Below, one piece after another: positions 1-8,785 of a stretch of DNA of 32,000 bases. The stretch is from contig NC_002939.5 of NCBI RefSeq assembly GCF_000007985.2, positions 150,001 to 182,000 of the forward strand, read 5' to 3'. The notes beneath the pieces are model-generated. The model saw nothing but the letters and a program-made list of their open reading frames with translations, searched no databases and was not told the DNA's origin. A program made the position numbers and the translations under genes. This stretch comes from Geobacter sulfurreducens PCA (GTDB taxonomy: Bacteria > Desulfobacterota > Desulfuromonadia > Geobacterales > Geobacteraceae). Numbering within the stretch: the first letter of the stretch is position 1; the number at the start of each line of letters is the position of its first letter.

Positions 1-832
1 TGTACTCGCCGGAGACGTTGTAGACCGCCACGGGGAGATCGAATTCCTCCCGCAGGTCCCGGACGATGTCGAGGTAGGGAAGCCCCGGCTTCACCATGAT
101 GATGTCGGCGCCTTCTTCCACGTCCATGCGGGCTTCGCGGATGGCCTCCCGGCGGTTCCCCGGGTCCATCTGGTAGGAGCGGCGGTCGCCGAACTGGGGG
201 GTCGACTCGGCCGCCTCCCGGAACGGGCCGTAGTAACCGGAGGCGTATTTTACGGCATAGCTCATGATCGGGATGTTCTTGTAGCCGTTGTTGTCCAGAA
301 TTTCGCGGATCGCCATGACTCGTCCGTCCATCATGTCCGAAGGAGCCACCATGTCGGCCCCGGCCTCGGCGTGGGAGAGGGCCTCTCTGGCCAGGAGCTC
401 CAGGGTCTCGTCGTTGTCCACGTCGCCGTCCTTGATGATGCCGCAGTGACCGTGGTCGGTGTATTCGCACATGCAGACGTCGGTAATGACTGCCAGCCCC
501 GGCACCTGTTTCTTCAGGGCCCGGATCGTCTCCTGAATGATGCCGTGCTCGGCGTAGGCGTCGCTGCCCACGGCGTCCTTGGTCTCGGGGATGCCGAACA
601 GGATCACCGCCGGCACGCCCAGCTCATGGACCTCCTGGGCCTCGGCCACGATGTGCTCGATGGATTGTTGATAAATCCCCGGCATGGAAGAGATTTCCTT
701 CCTGATGCCCGTGCCGAAGGCGGAAAACATCGGATAGATCAGGTCGGTGGCGGAAAGGGTGGTCTCGCTGACCATCCGGCGAAAGACCTCCTTGCCTCTG
801 ATCCTGCGTGCTCTGAAGGTGGGATAGAACAT
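1..832 (-). CDS. hemB: porphobilinogen synthase (5-aminolevulinate dehydratase); the N-terminal ~277 codons are present and the 3' end lies beyond the window start
   Basis: Absent from the supplied ORF track because it is open at the window edge. My own minus-strand translation from the ATG at 832-830 gives [23 protein letters not shown]...[16 protein letters not shown]...[12 protein letters not shown]...[19 protein letters not shown]...[17 protein letters not shown]...VYNVSGEY. The Cys-rich Zn site and the MVKP active-site lysine region are typical of HemB. AAGGAG lies about 10 nt upstream of the ATG. Confidence 0.9.
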   Translation of the reverse strand, partial: MFYPTFRARRIRGKEVFRRMVSETTLSATDLIYPMFSAFGTGIRKEISSMPGIYQQSIEHIVAEAQEVHELGVPAVILFGIPETKDAVGSDAYAEHGIIQETIRALKKQVPGLAVITDVCMCEYTDHGHCGIIKDGDVDNDETLELLAREALSHAEAGADMVAPSDMMDGRVMAIREILDNNGYKNIPIMSYAVKYASGYYGPFREAAESTPQFGDRRSYQMDPGNRREAIREARMDVEEGADIIMVKPGLPYLDIVRDLREEFDLPVAVYNVSGEY

Positions 833-1066
833 GGCGTCTGATCTCCTTGCTGTCTGATGGCAGCCTGGGCGGCTGCTGCCCAACCTGGTCATACTAACTC
901 ATCTGGTGGCTCTCACTCAAATAGTTTTCCGCAGCGACGCTGAGACGACGAAAGCCGCTTCCGGCAAGGGGTATTTACCGTTGCGCGCGGACGGCTCTTG
1001 TGGCAAGAATAGCAGTGGCCGGTCATGCGTGATGCGCACGCCGGCACGCCAATGCAGGAGGTTCCC

Positions 1067-1504
1067 ATGGCCAAGTCGAACATGGGCGCCGTGGCAGATT
1101 CACTGGCGCTTCTCATGATCAGGGTGCCGCTCGGCGCCATATTCATTGCCCACGGCTCCCAGAAGCTTCTCGGTGCCTTCGGGGGGCAGGGGCTCACCGC
1201 CACCTTCAGAGTATTCGAGGAAAAGCTGGGAATCCCGCCGATTTTCACGCTGCTGGCCATCATTGCCGAATTCGGGGGTGGTGTTGGCGTCCTCTGCGGT
1301 TTCCTCACCCGGCTGTCCGGCTTCGGCATCGCCTCGACCATGGCGGTCGCCATGTACAAGGTTCACTGGGCGAACGGCTTCTTCCTCAACGGCCCCCGGG
1401 GGAACGGCATCGAGTACAACCTCGCCCTGCTCGGTATGGCGCTGGCTCTCGTCTTTGCCGGGGGCGGGGCGTGGTCTGTTGATCGCTATCTCTTCAAACG
1501 GTAA
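1067..1504 (+). CDS. DoxX-family integral membrane protein
   Basis: ORF 1025..1504. The product is hydrophobic, with LLMIRVPLGAIFIAHGSQKLLGAFGG...IAEFGGGVGVLCGFLTRL...GIEYNLALLGMALALVFAGGGAWSVD, which is typical DoxX architecture. I prefer the in-frame ATG at 1067 because GGAGG sits at 1056-1060; the ATG at 1025 is an alternative. Confidence 0.75.
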   Translation: MAKSNMGAVADSLALLMIRVPLGAIFIAHGSQKLLGAFGGQGLTATFRVFEEKLGIPPIFTLLAIIAEFGGGVGVLCGFLTRLSGFGIASTMAVAMYKVHWANGFFLNGPRGNGIEYNLALLGMALALVFAGGGAWSVDRYLFKR

Positions 1505-1654
1505 CTTTTTGCCCTTGATTTCATAGTCGTCCCATCGGGGTCGAATGAGTGCCGGATTGGCCGCGACGACTGGGCATGGCCACAGACGTAACTGCGTCAT
1601 GTGGAGGGTCGAACGACGGAGGGGCGGACGACGGGCATGCAGGTGGTGCGCCTG

Positions 1655-2353
1655 CTAGAAAATAGAGTCCTTCAGTTCCCTGATGATCTCAACTTGGCGC
1701 TGAAAGATGTATTGGGATATCCCCTTCTCAGTCCGGTTGTCGGGTTGGATCTCAATGATGCAGAGGTCTGTCTGTTTCGCGGGGATGACCCGCAGAACCT
1801 GGGCTGGCATCTCAAAGGGCCCTCCGGGCAGGCGCAGCGTGACCTTCCCCTTGATGCCCGCATCGGGATGGGTGGGGATCGTTGCGGAGATGGCCACGCC
1901 TCCCAGGGAGATGTCGTTCAACAGGCCGGCCACGGTGAAGCCGTCCCCCGAGAAGCTTGCCTCGATTTTGTCCTTGACCTCCACCCGCACGAATTGACGG
2001 CGTTCCGACCTGATCACCGCATAGGCGAAGTTGGCGAGGATGGCCACGCTCTTGTCGATATTGACGTAGGTGACGGCCGCCAGCACGTCTTTGGGGAAGT
2101 GGCCGCTTTTGAGGAACACCTGCTTTTCCAGCTGCATGACGATGGCCTGCTGCTGGTTTACCGTCAGCTCCACCGAGCCGCGTTCCACTGATTCCACTGT
2201 GGCGCCGTAGTTGACCGGTATGGAGCGGTAGTAGTTCAGGAGTCTCAGGTCGTTGGGCAGCTTGCCCGCGCCGATGGCTGTCAGTGTGTCCAGAATTTGC
2301 CGGTTGTCCTGGGGAAGGTCGGCAACCGTAACCAACTGGTAGTAGTCGTGCAT
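1655..2353 (-). CDS. PilZ-domain protein (putative c-di-GMP receptor)
   Basis: 232-aa ORF. The C-terminal half carries the two PilZ signature motifs, RRQFVRV (RxxxR) and DISLGGVAI (D/NxSxxG). An AGGATGGAG-type RBS precedes the ATG on the minus strand. Confidence 0.8.
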   Translation of the reverse strand: MHDYYQLVTVADLPQDNRQILDTLTAIGAGKLPNDLRLLNYYRSIPVNYGATVESVERGSVELTVNQQQAIVMQLEKQVFLKSGHFPKDVLAAVTYVNIDKSVAILANFAYAVIRSERRQFVRVEVKDKIEASFSGDGFTVAGLLNDISLGGVAISATIPTHPDAGIKGKVTLRLPGGPFEMPAQVLRVIPAKQTDLCIIEIQPDNRTEKGISQYIFQRQVEIIRELKDSIF

Positions 2354-2434
2354 TACTCCATCCTTGAGCGAGGTGTCGCCCCCGGCGTTCTTTTGGTTGT
2401 AAACCGTCGGGGTGCTGGTGTATTATTGATTTTC

Positions 2435-2468
2435 AAGGCGAAGAGTAGCTTCTTCGCCTTTTCTTTGT
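2435..2468 (+). terminator. terminator-like hairpin (10-bp stem, 6-nt loop, T-rich tail) in the prfC 5' leader
   Basis: AAGGCGAAGA (2435-2444), GTAGCT loop, TCTTCGCCTT (2451-2460) form a perfect 10-bp stem followed by TTCTTTGT. No + strand gene lies upstream for it to terminate. Confidence 0.35.
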
Positions 2469-2502
2469 CCAGATATTTTCAAGCCTTTCGGAGCTCCACG
2501 CA

Positions 2503-4083
2503 ATGAAGTACAACGAACAGGAAGTCGATCGTCGGCGGACCTTTGCCATTGTCAGTCATCCGGACGCCGGTAAAACCACCATCACCGAAAAACTGCTGCT
2601 GTTTGGCGGCGCCATCCAGCAGGCGGGCGAGGTCCGTGCCCGCAAGGCGGCCCGCCACGCCACCTCGGACTGGATGGAGATGGAAAAGCAGCGCGGCATC
2701 TCCGTCACCTCGTCGGTCATGAAATTCACCTACCGGGATTACGAAGTGAACCTGCTGGACACTCCCGGTCACAATGACTTTTCAGAGGACACCTATCGGG
2801 TCCTTACCGCCGTCGACTCGGCCCTGATGGTCATCGATTCGGTGAAGGGCGTTGAGAGCCAGACCATCAAGCTCCTGGATGTGTGTCGCCTGCGCCACAC
2901 GCCGATCATGACCTTCATCAACAAGCTTGACCGTGAAGGTCGGGATCCTTTTGAGCTTATCGACGAAATCGAAAAAGTCTTGAGAATCCAGTGTGCCCCC
3001 ATGACGTGGCCCATCGGCATGGGCAAGCGCTTCCGGGGCACCTATCACCTCTACACCAAAGAGCTCGTTATCTTCGATGCCGAGGCGGAGCGCGGAACTG
3101 GCGGCGTTATCTCCATGACCGGTCTCGACGACCCGCAGTTGGACGAACTCCTGGGCTCCCAGGCCGACGAGTTGCGTGCCGATGTGGAGCTGCTGGAAGG
3201 GGCCGCCCATCCCTTCGAGGAAGAGGCGTATCATGCCGGGCTCCAGACCCCGGTCTTCTTCGGTAGCGCCATTAATACATTCGGCGTGCAGCAACTTCTC
3301 GACACCTTTGTGGATCATGCCCCGGCGCCGCTTCCCCGTGAGGCGGTCAGCCGCACCGTTTCCCCCTATGAAGAGCCCTTCACTGCCTTCGCCTTCAAGA
3401 TCCAGGCGAATATGGACCCCGCCCACCGGGACCGGATCGCCTTTTTCCGGATATGTTCCGGCAAATTCACCCGGGGCATGAAGGTCCGCCACGTGCGGCT
3501 CGGTCGCGAGGTGGCCATCAACAATGCAACCATCTTCATGGCCCAGGACCGCACCCATGTGGACGAGGCGTTTCCCGGCGACATCATCGGCATTCACAAC
3601 CACGGCACCATCAAGATCGGCGACACCTTCACCCTGGGGGAGGATATCAAGTTCACGGGCATTCCCAACTTTGCCCCTGAACACTTCCGCCGGGTGCGCC
3701 TGCTGGATCCCCTGAAATCCAAGGCCCTGGAAAAGGGGCTGACCCAGTTGGCCGAAGAGGGGACCACCCAGGTCTTTCGCCCGCTCATGGGTGCCGACTG
3801 GGTTGTCGGAGCCGTCGGTCTCCTCCAGTTCGACGTGGTCATGCACCGGCTCGAGCACGAGTATAACGTGAAGGCCACCTATGAGCCGGTTTCCTACGTG
3901 ACCGCCCGCTGGGTGACCGGGGAGAAGAAGAAGGTCGAGGAATTCCAGAAGAAGGAAGTGATGAACTGTTACATCGACGGCGAGGGGGATCTGGCGTATC
4001 TGGCCGGCTCCCAATGGCGCCTCGACAACACCATGGACAATTGGAAAGACCTCACCTTCCACGCCACCCGTGAACACAGCTGA
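2503..4083 (+). CDS. prfC: peptide chain release factor 3 (translational GTPase)
   Basis: 526-aa ORF: [29 protein letters not shown] (G1 P-loop), LLDTPGH (G3), INKLDR (G4). Full-length RF3 architecture. Confidence 0.95.
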   Translation: MKYNEQEVDRRRTFAIVSHPDAGKTTITEKLLLFGGAIQQAGEVRARKAARHATSDWMEMEKQRGISVTSSVMKFTYRDYEVNLLDTPGHNDFSEDTYRVLTAVDSALMVIDSVKGVESQTIKLLDVCRLRHTPIMTFINKLDREGRDPFELIDEIEKVLRIQCAPMTWPIGMGKRFRGTYHLYTKELVIFDAEAERGTGGVISMTGLDDPQLDELLGSQADELRADVELLEGAAHPFEEEAYHAGLQTPVFFGSAINTFGVQQLLDTFVDHAPAPLPREAVSRTVSPYEEPFTAFAFKIQANMDPAHRDRIAFFRICSGKFTRGMKVRHVRLGREVAINNATIFMAQDRTHVDEAFPGDIIGIHNHGTIKIGDTFTLGEDIKFTGIPNFAPEHFRRVRLLDPLKSKALEKGLTQLAEEGTTQVFRPLMGADWVVGAVGLLQFDVVMHRLEHEYNVKATYEPVSYVTARWVTGEKKKVEEFQKKEVMNCYIDGEGDLAYLAGSQWRLDNTMDNWKDLTFHATREHS

Positions 4084-4143
4084 TTACCTAAGCACAATGT
4101 GTGTCACTTATGGCTCATGCTGTGACGGGTCTGACACAAAATG

Positions 4144-4181
4144 CAGAGGGCATAATTGGCACATAATGTGTAATCCCTCTG
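4144..4181. repeat. inverted repeat, CAGAGGG - 24 nt - CCCTCTG
   Basis: Read directly: 4144-4150 is complementary to 4175-4181. It lies in the prfC 3' intergenic region. Confidence 0.5.
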
Positions 4182-4189
4182 TAACGATA

Positions 4190-4217
4190 GACAGTTTTGC
4201 GTATACGCAAAACTGTC
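4190..4217. promoter_or_regulatory. perfect 28-bp palindrome GACAGTTTTGCGTA|TACGCAAAACTGTC (operator or loop-less hairpin)
   Basis: Read directly: the reverse complement of 4190-4203 equals 4204-4217 with no mismatch. It sits about 107 nt after the prfC stop and about 94 nt before the next ATG at 4311. Confidence 0.6.
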
Positions 4218-4310
4218 GTATACAGGAATCCGCTTTGCACTCTTTCTAGGCAAGGGCGGAAGCGCGGCCACCGGCGGCGCCTCTCCCCATCCCGACACGG
4301 AGGATTGCAC

Positions 4311-4925
4311 ATGCGGTATCAGGCCAGCCCCCAGACCCGCCTTCTCCTCAAGTACATCCATACCTTCTCCGCCATGATGTGGATCGGCGGCGCCCAGGCC
4401 ATCCTCATCCTTCTCTATAAGGACCGCCTCGCCACCAACGGGGACGAGCTCTTCGCGGTCAACGACGCCATCCGGTCCCTGGACAACTGGCTCATCGGGC
4501 CGGGGGTTGCCGGTTCGATCCTTTCGGGCGCACTCATATCGCTCACGACCCACTGGGGGTTTTTCCGCCACCGCTGGGTTTCGGTGAAGTGGGTGGTGAC
4601 CGTGGTGGCCACCTTGTTCGGGATCGTGTTTCTCGGTCCCTGGCTCCAGGACCTTTCAGAGATTACCGGCCTCAACCGTTTGGCGGTTTTTGACAACCTC
4701 GCCTACGTCCAAACCTACCGGCTGGGCGTCATTTTCGGTGTTGCCCAGATGGTGGTGCTTCTCGTTCTGGTTCTCATCTCCATCTTCAAGCCGGAACTGG
4801 AGCCCTGCTCCCCCGCCGCCCGCCAGCTGGAACGGCGGCTGGCCGTGCTGCTGCGGCCGGTTGTCGCTCCTTTCATGGGGCTTCAGGGGCAGATCTGTAA
4901 CCTGCTCAGGCTCGAGCGCGACTGA
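4311..4925 (+). CDS. small integral membrane protein (about 4 TM segments, DUF2269-like), function unknown
   Basis: ORF 4197..4925. I prefer the ATG at 4311 because GGAGGA sits at 4299-4304. Hydrophobic segments: FSAMMWIGGAQAILILL, GPGVAGSILSGALISL, WVVTVVATLFGIVFLGPW, LGVIFGVAQMVVLLVLVLISIF. The family assignment is from memory only. Confidence 0.6.
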   Translation: MRYQASPQTRLLLKYIHTFSAMMWIGGAQAILILLYKDRLATNGDELFAVNDAIRSLDNWLIGPGVAGSILSGALISLTTHWGFFRHRWVSVKWVVTVVATLFGIVFLGPWLQDLSEITGLNRLAVFDNLAYVQTYRLGVIFGVAQMVVLLVLVLISIFKPELEPCSPAARQLERRLAVLLRPVVAPFMGLQGQICNLLRLERD

Positions 4926-5131
4926 ACAACGCTTCCCGCCGGCGGGACACAATTACCGCCGAAGTCTCCCTCACCCCTTTCCAACCCCACAATTTGGTGC
5001 TATACACAAGCCAGACCCCGGTCCGTGCAGGGCCGGGGTCCGCTCGCCGGGAACGGTCCGGCGTCGATACGGCGCGCCTGTCCTTGTGCCCCAGGTATGC
5101 TACACTATGTACGAACATGATCGGAGCCCCC

Positions 5132-5881
5132 ATGGACCCTCGGGAACTGAAAACCATCCTGCGTTCCTTCAAAGACGGTGCGCTCAGCGAGGATGAGATG
5201 CTGGAGCGGCTGCGGCATCTCCCCTACGAGGATGTGGGTGACGCCCTTGTGGACCACCACCGGGGGTTGCGCCAGGGCTTCCCCGAGGTGATTTTCGGGG
5301 CCGGCAAGAGCGCCGGCCAGGTGGAGCGGATCATGGCCTCCCTGGCCGCCAAGGGGAATAACATCCTGGTGACCCGCCTCGACGAGGCCAAGGCATTGGC
5401 AGTGAAAGAGGCGTTCCCCTCTGCTATGTGGCACGCCGATGCCCGCTGCCTCACCCTGGAGCAGCGCCCGATCGAGAAACGGGGGCTCGGCACGGTGCTC
5501 GTTCTCTCGGCCGGCACCTCCGACCTGCCGGTGGCCGCCGAGGCCCTGGTCACCCTTCGGATGCTCGGCAACGAGGCCTCGCACCTTTACGACGTGGGAG
5601 TGGCAGGCATCCATCGGCTGCTGGCCCGGCGCGACGTGCTCTTCTCCGCACGCGTGCTCATTGTAGTGGCCGGCATGGAGGGTGCGCTCCCTTCAGTGGT
5701 GGGGGGGCTCGTGGACCGGCCTGTCATTGCCGTTCCTACATCGGTTGGGTACGGGGCTTCCTTCGGCGGCATCGCCGCGCTGCTGGGCATGCTCAACTCC
5801 TGCGCCGCCGGCGTGACCGTAGTAAATATCGACAACGGGTTCGGTGCCGCCGTTGCAGCGAGCAAAATCAACAGAGAATGA
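5132..5881 (+). CDS. larB: LarB-type (PurE/NCAIR-mutase-like) nickel-pincer cofactor biosynthesis carboxylase/hydrolase
   Basis: ORF 4994..5881. ATG at 5132 with GGAG at 5123-5126. Sequence includes DHHRGLRQGFPEVIFGAGKS...VLSAGTSDLPVAAEA...VVAGMEGALPSVVGGL...VIAVPTSVGYG, which is PurE-like fold signature typical of LarB/COG1691. Confidence 0.8.
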   Translation: MDPRELKTILRSFKDGALSEDEMLERLRHLPYEDVGDALVDHHRGLRQGFPEVIFGAGKSAGQVERIMASLAAKGNNILVTRLDEAKALAVKEAFPSAMWHADARCLTLEQRPIEKRGLGTVLVLSAGTSDLPVAAEALVTLRMLGNEASHLYDVGVAGIHRLLARRDVLFSARVLIVVAGMEGALPSVVGGLVDRPVIAVPTSVGYGASFGGIAALLGMLNSCAAGVTVVNIDNGFGAAVAASKINRE

Positions 5882-5888
5882 GGTCCGT

Positions 5889-7055
5889 TTGAAGATACTT
5901 TATTTCGACTGCTTTGCTGGCATTGCCGGCGACATGACCGTGGCGGCGCTCCTTGACCTGGGAGTTCCCTTCGAGGTGGTGCGCGATGCCGTGGGGTGTC
6001 TCCGCCTGCCTCATTCGAGCTACTCCCTTGCCACGGAGCGGACGAGCCGCAAAGGGATCACCGCCACCCGCTTCGTTGTGCATGTGGAAGAGCACCAGCC
6101 TAATCGGCACTACGGCGACATTGCCGCCATGATCGAAGAGAGCCCCCTTGCCGACGGAATCAAGGAGAAGGCCCAGCGGATATTCTTCCGTCTGGCCGAG
6201 GCCGAGGCCAAGGTCCACGGCGTCGAGCTGGGACGGGTGCACTTTCACGAGGTGGGAGCGGTGGATTCCATCGCCGACATCGTCGGCGCCGCCGCAGCCA
6301 TCGACTGGCTCGGGATCGAGTCCATCCACGGGGGGGCCCTGCCCCTGGGGAGCGGTTTCGTGGAAACAGCCCATGGACGTCTGCCGGTGCCGGCGCCCGC
6401 CACGGCTGAACTCCTGCGTGGCATCCCCGTTCATGGCGAGGCGGGGCCCGGTGAACGGGTTACGCCCACCGGGGCGGCCATCCTGGCGGCCCTGGCCGCC
6501 GGATTCGGACCGATTCCGCCCATGACCGTCACCGGCGTCGGCTGCGGAGCCGGAACCCGTGATTTCGCCGACATTCCAAATATCCTGCGTGTCTTCCAGG
6601 GAGAGATTGACAGAGGGTTCGAGCGGGACGACGTGGTGGTCATTGAGGCCCACATCGACGACACGAGCCCGGAGATTCTGGGATACGTCATGGAGCGCTG
6701 TCTTGCCGCCGGTGCTCTGGATGCCGCCTTTTCCCCCCTCCAGATGAAGAAGAACCGGCCCGCGGTCAGGCTCACGGTGGTGGTTCATCCCGAACAACGG
6801 GACGAACTTGCGGCGCTTATCCTGCGGGAAACTTCAGCCATCGGGGTGCGTTTCCACCCGGCGGGGCGGCTGAAGCTCCGGCGCCTCGTGGAGGAGCGGG
6901 ATACGACCCTCGGCAGGGTGCGGGTGAAGGTCATCAATGGGGACGGGGTGGCGCGCGTGGCGCCCGAATACGACGATTGCTGCCGGATCGCCGCCGAGCG
7001 GGGCATGCCGCTCATGGAGGTCTACCGGATCGTTGAGCGGGAGTGCGGACAGTGA
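5889..7055 (+). CDS. larC: LarC-type nickel insertion protein (DUF111/COG1641)
   Basis: ORF 5844..7055. The probable TTG start at 5889 gives (M)KILYFDCFAGIAGDMTVAALLDLG, the canonical LarC N-terminus. Also HFHEVGAVDSIADIVG. It lies 8 nt after the larB stop. It is a single uninterrupted ORF. Confidence 0.8.
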   Translation: MKILYFDCFAGIAGDMTVAALLDLGVPFEVVRDAVGCLRLPHSSYSLATERTSRKGITATRFVVHVEEHQPNRHYGDIAAMIEESPLADGIKEKAQRIFFRLAEAEAKVHGVELGRVHFHEVGAVDSIADIVGAAAAIDWLGIESIHGGALPLGSGFVETAHGRLPVPAPATAELLRGIPVHGEAGPGERVTPTGAAILAALAAGFGPIPPMTVTGVGCGAGTRDFADIPNILRVFQGEIDRGFERDDVVVIEAHIDDTSPEILGYVMERCLAAGALDAAFSPLQMKKNRPAVRLTVVVHPEQRDELAALILRETSAIGVRFHPAGRLKLRRLVEERDTTLGRVRVKVINGDGVARVAPEYDDCCRIAAERGMPLMEVYRIVERECGQ

Positions 7056-7504
7056 CCCGACGATTCGTGGTTATCGCCGCCACCTGGTTCGGCACGGGGC
7101 TGTCGCCCGTTGCCCCCGGGACGGTGGGAACCCTCGGCGCCATCCCCCTCTACCTAGCGCTGGCGCGGCTGCCCCTCTGGCTCTATCTCGCCACTCTCGT
7201 GCCGTTCTTCTTCCTGTCGTCTTGGGTGGCGGGACGCGCCCAGGAGGAGTTCGGTCAGAAGGACCCCGGCAAGGTGGTCATTGACGAGGTGATCGGCTAT
7301 CTCATTACCATGGCCGGGGTGACCGCTGACTGGCGGAGTATCCTGGCCGGCTTTCTCCTCTTCCGCTTCTTCGATGTCGTGAAGATCTGGCCCGCCCGCT
7401 ATTTCGACCGACGGATGAAAAACGGCTACGGTGTGGTGCTGGACGACGTGGCGGCCGGGCTCTATGCCTGCGCCGCCCTCCATCTGCTGCTGGGGTACCT
7501 GTGA
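7052..7504 (+). CDS. pgpA: phosphatidylglycerophosphatase A
   Basis: VTRRFVVIAATWFGTGLSPVAPGTVGTLGAIPLY...VIDEVIGY...RFFDVVKIWP...LDDVAAGLYA, which are PgpA family motifs. The GTG at 7052 overlaps the larC stop (GTGA). The GTG at 7043 is an alternative start. Confidence 0.8.
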   Translation: MTRRFVVIAATWFGTGLSPVAPGTVGTLGAIPLYLALARLPLWLYLATLVPFFFLSSWVAGRAQEEFGQKDPGKVVIDEVIGYLITMAGVTADWRSILAGFLLFRFFDVVKIWPARYFDRRMKNGYGVVLDDVAAGLYACAALHLLLGYL

Positions 7505-8742
7505 AGATCGCAACCCTTTCCATCGGCGACGAACTCCTGCGGGGCGAAGTGGTGGACACCAATGCCGCGCGCATCGCCGCACGCTTGGCGGACGCGGGGC
7601 TTGCCGTGGGCAGGCACCTGACCGTGGGCGATGACGAGGGGGAGATCGAGGCGGCCCTCGGCATGCTCGCTCCGGCTCATGATGCCGTCATCGTCACGGG
7701 GGGGCTCGGTCCCACGGACGACGATGTCACGGCCCGGGCCGCGGCCCGGGCAACGGGGCGACGCCTCGTCCTGAACGAGGCGGCCCTTGACCGGCTGCGG
7801 GACTTCTTCTCCCGGCGGGGGCGCGAGCTGTATCCCGCCAATGAGCGCCAGTGCCTCCTGCCGGCCAAGGCGGGTCTCATTCCGAACGCGCTCGGCACCG
7901 CGTGCGGTTTCCACCTGCTGCACGGGGAATGTTTTCTGGTCTTTCTCCCCGGCGTCCCGGCCGAGATGGCCAGGATGCTGGAAGAGTCGGTGGTGCCCCT
8001 GGTCCTTGACCGGCGGAGCGGGCCGGAGGTCACCCGAACGGCGGTACTGACGCTGTTCGGCCTCTCCGAGGCGGAAATCGGCGGTCGACTGAGCGGACTG
8101 GAGCGTTCCCGTGGGGGGCTCGGCATTGCTTACTGCGTCGATTTTCCGGTAGTGCAGGTGAAACTGCGGGCCACTGCCCGAAGCGAGGAGGAGGCTGCGG
8201 AGATCATTGCCGGGGGGCTGCCCCTGGTGCGAGAGCGCTTGGGCGATGTGATCGTGGCCGAGGGGGACAACACCATCGATACGGCGGTTGCCCGCCTGTT
8301 TCGCGAAAAGGGGCTCACCCTCGCCCTGGCCGAGTCGTGCACCGGCGGGCTCATTGCCAAGCGGATCACCGACGTGGCTGGCAGTTCCGCCTACTTTTTC
8401 ATGGGGCTGGTCACCTATGCCAACGAGGCCAAGGAGCGACTCCTGGGCGTTCCGACCGCGCTTCTGGCTGAAAAAGGAGCCGTGAGCGCCGATGTTGCCC
8501 GTGCCATGGCCAGGGGAGCCCGCCACGTGGCCGGCAGCGATCTGGCCCTGGCCGTTACCGGTATCGCCGGCCCCGATGGGGGGAGCGACGACAAGCCTGT
8601 CGGCACGGTCTACCTGGCCCTGGCCGACCGGGCAGGCTGCTCGGTCAAGTCGTACCGCTTCGCCGGCGAGCGGGACGCCATCCGGACCGTCACGGCCGTC
8701 ACGGCCCTGGACTGGCTGAGGAGGCGCCTCCTCACCGCCTGA
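7501..8742 (+). CDS. cinA: CinA-family protein (MoCF-binding domain plus PncC-type NMN amidohydrolase domain)
   Basis: 413 aa: MKIATLSIGDELLRGEVVDTNAARIA...VIVTGGLGPTDDDVT at the N-terminus, and LALAESCTGGLIAKRITDVAGSS...GIAGPDGG in the C-terminal CinA/PncC domain. The start overlaps the pgpA stop (GTGA). Confidence 0.85.
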   Translation: MKIATLSIGDELLRGEVVDTNAARIAARLADAGLAVGRHLTVGDDEGEIEAALGMLAPAHDAVIVTGGLGPTDDDVTARAAARATGRRLVLNEAALDRLRDFFSRRGRELYPANERQCLLPAKAGLIPNALGTACGFHLLHGECFLVFLPGVPAEMARMLEESVVPLVLDRRSGPEVTRTAVLTLFGLSEAEIGGRLSGLERSRGGLGIAYCVDFPVVQVKLRATARSEEEAAEIIAGGLPLVRERLGDVIVAEGDNTIDTAVARLFREKGLTLALAESCTGGLIAKRITDVAGSSAYFFMGLVTYANEAKERLLGVPTALLAEKGAVSADVARAMARGARHVAGSDLALAVTGIAGPDGGSDDKPVGTVYLALADRAGCSVKSYRFAGERDAIRTVTAVTALDWLRRRLLTA

Positions 8743-8785
8743 ATCGAAGCCGCTGTCCTTTTCTCCCGCAGCGGGAAAGCTCGTC

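Noticed and set aside
371-841. 156-aa + strand ORF at the left edge.
   Set aside because: It is antisense to the clearly recognisable hemB coding sequence, with the same high-GC artefact.
1601-1640. Imperfect tandem repeat CGAACGACGGAGG / GCGGACGACGGGC (EGRTTEGRTTG in ORF 1601..2191) in the doxX/PilZ convergent spacer.
   Set aside because: It is only two imperfect units, and the containing ORF is antisense to the PilZ gene. No function can be supported.
4157-4172. Sigma54-like TGGCAC element downstream of prfC; a similar TGGCAC occurs at 29236-29241.
   Set aside because: The -12 element is missing. TGGCAC - 5 nt is followed by GTGT (or ACCT in the second case) instead of TTGC(A/T). A -24 half alone is not evidence.
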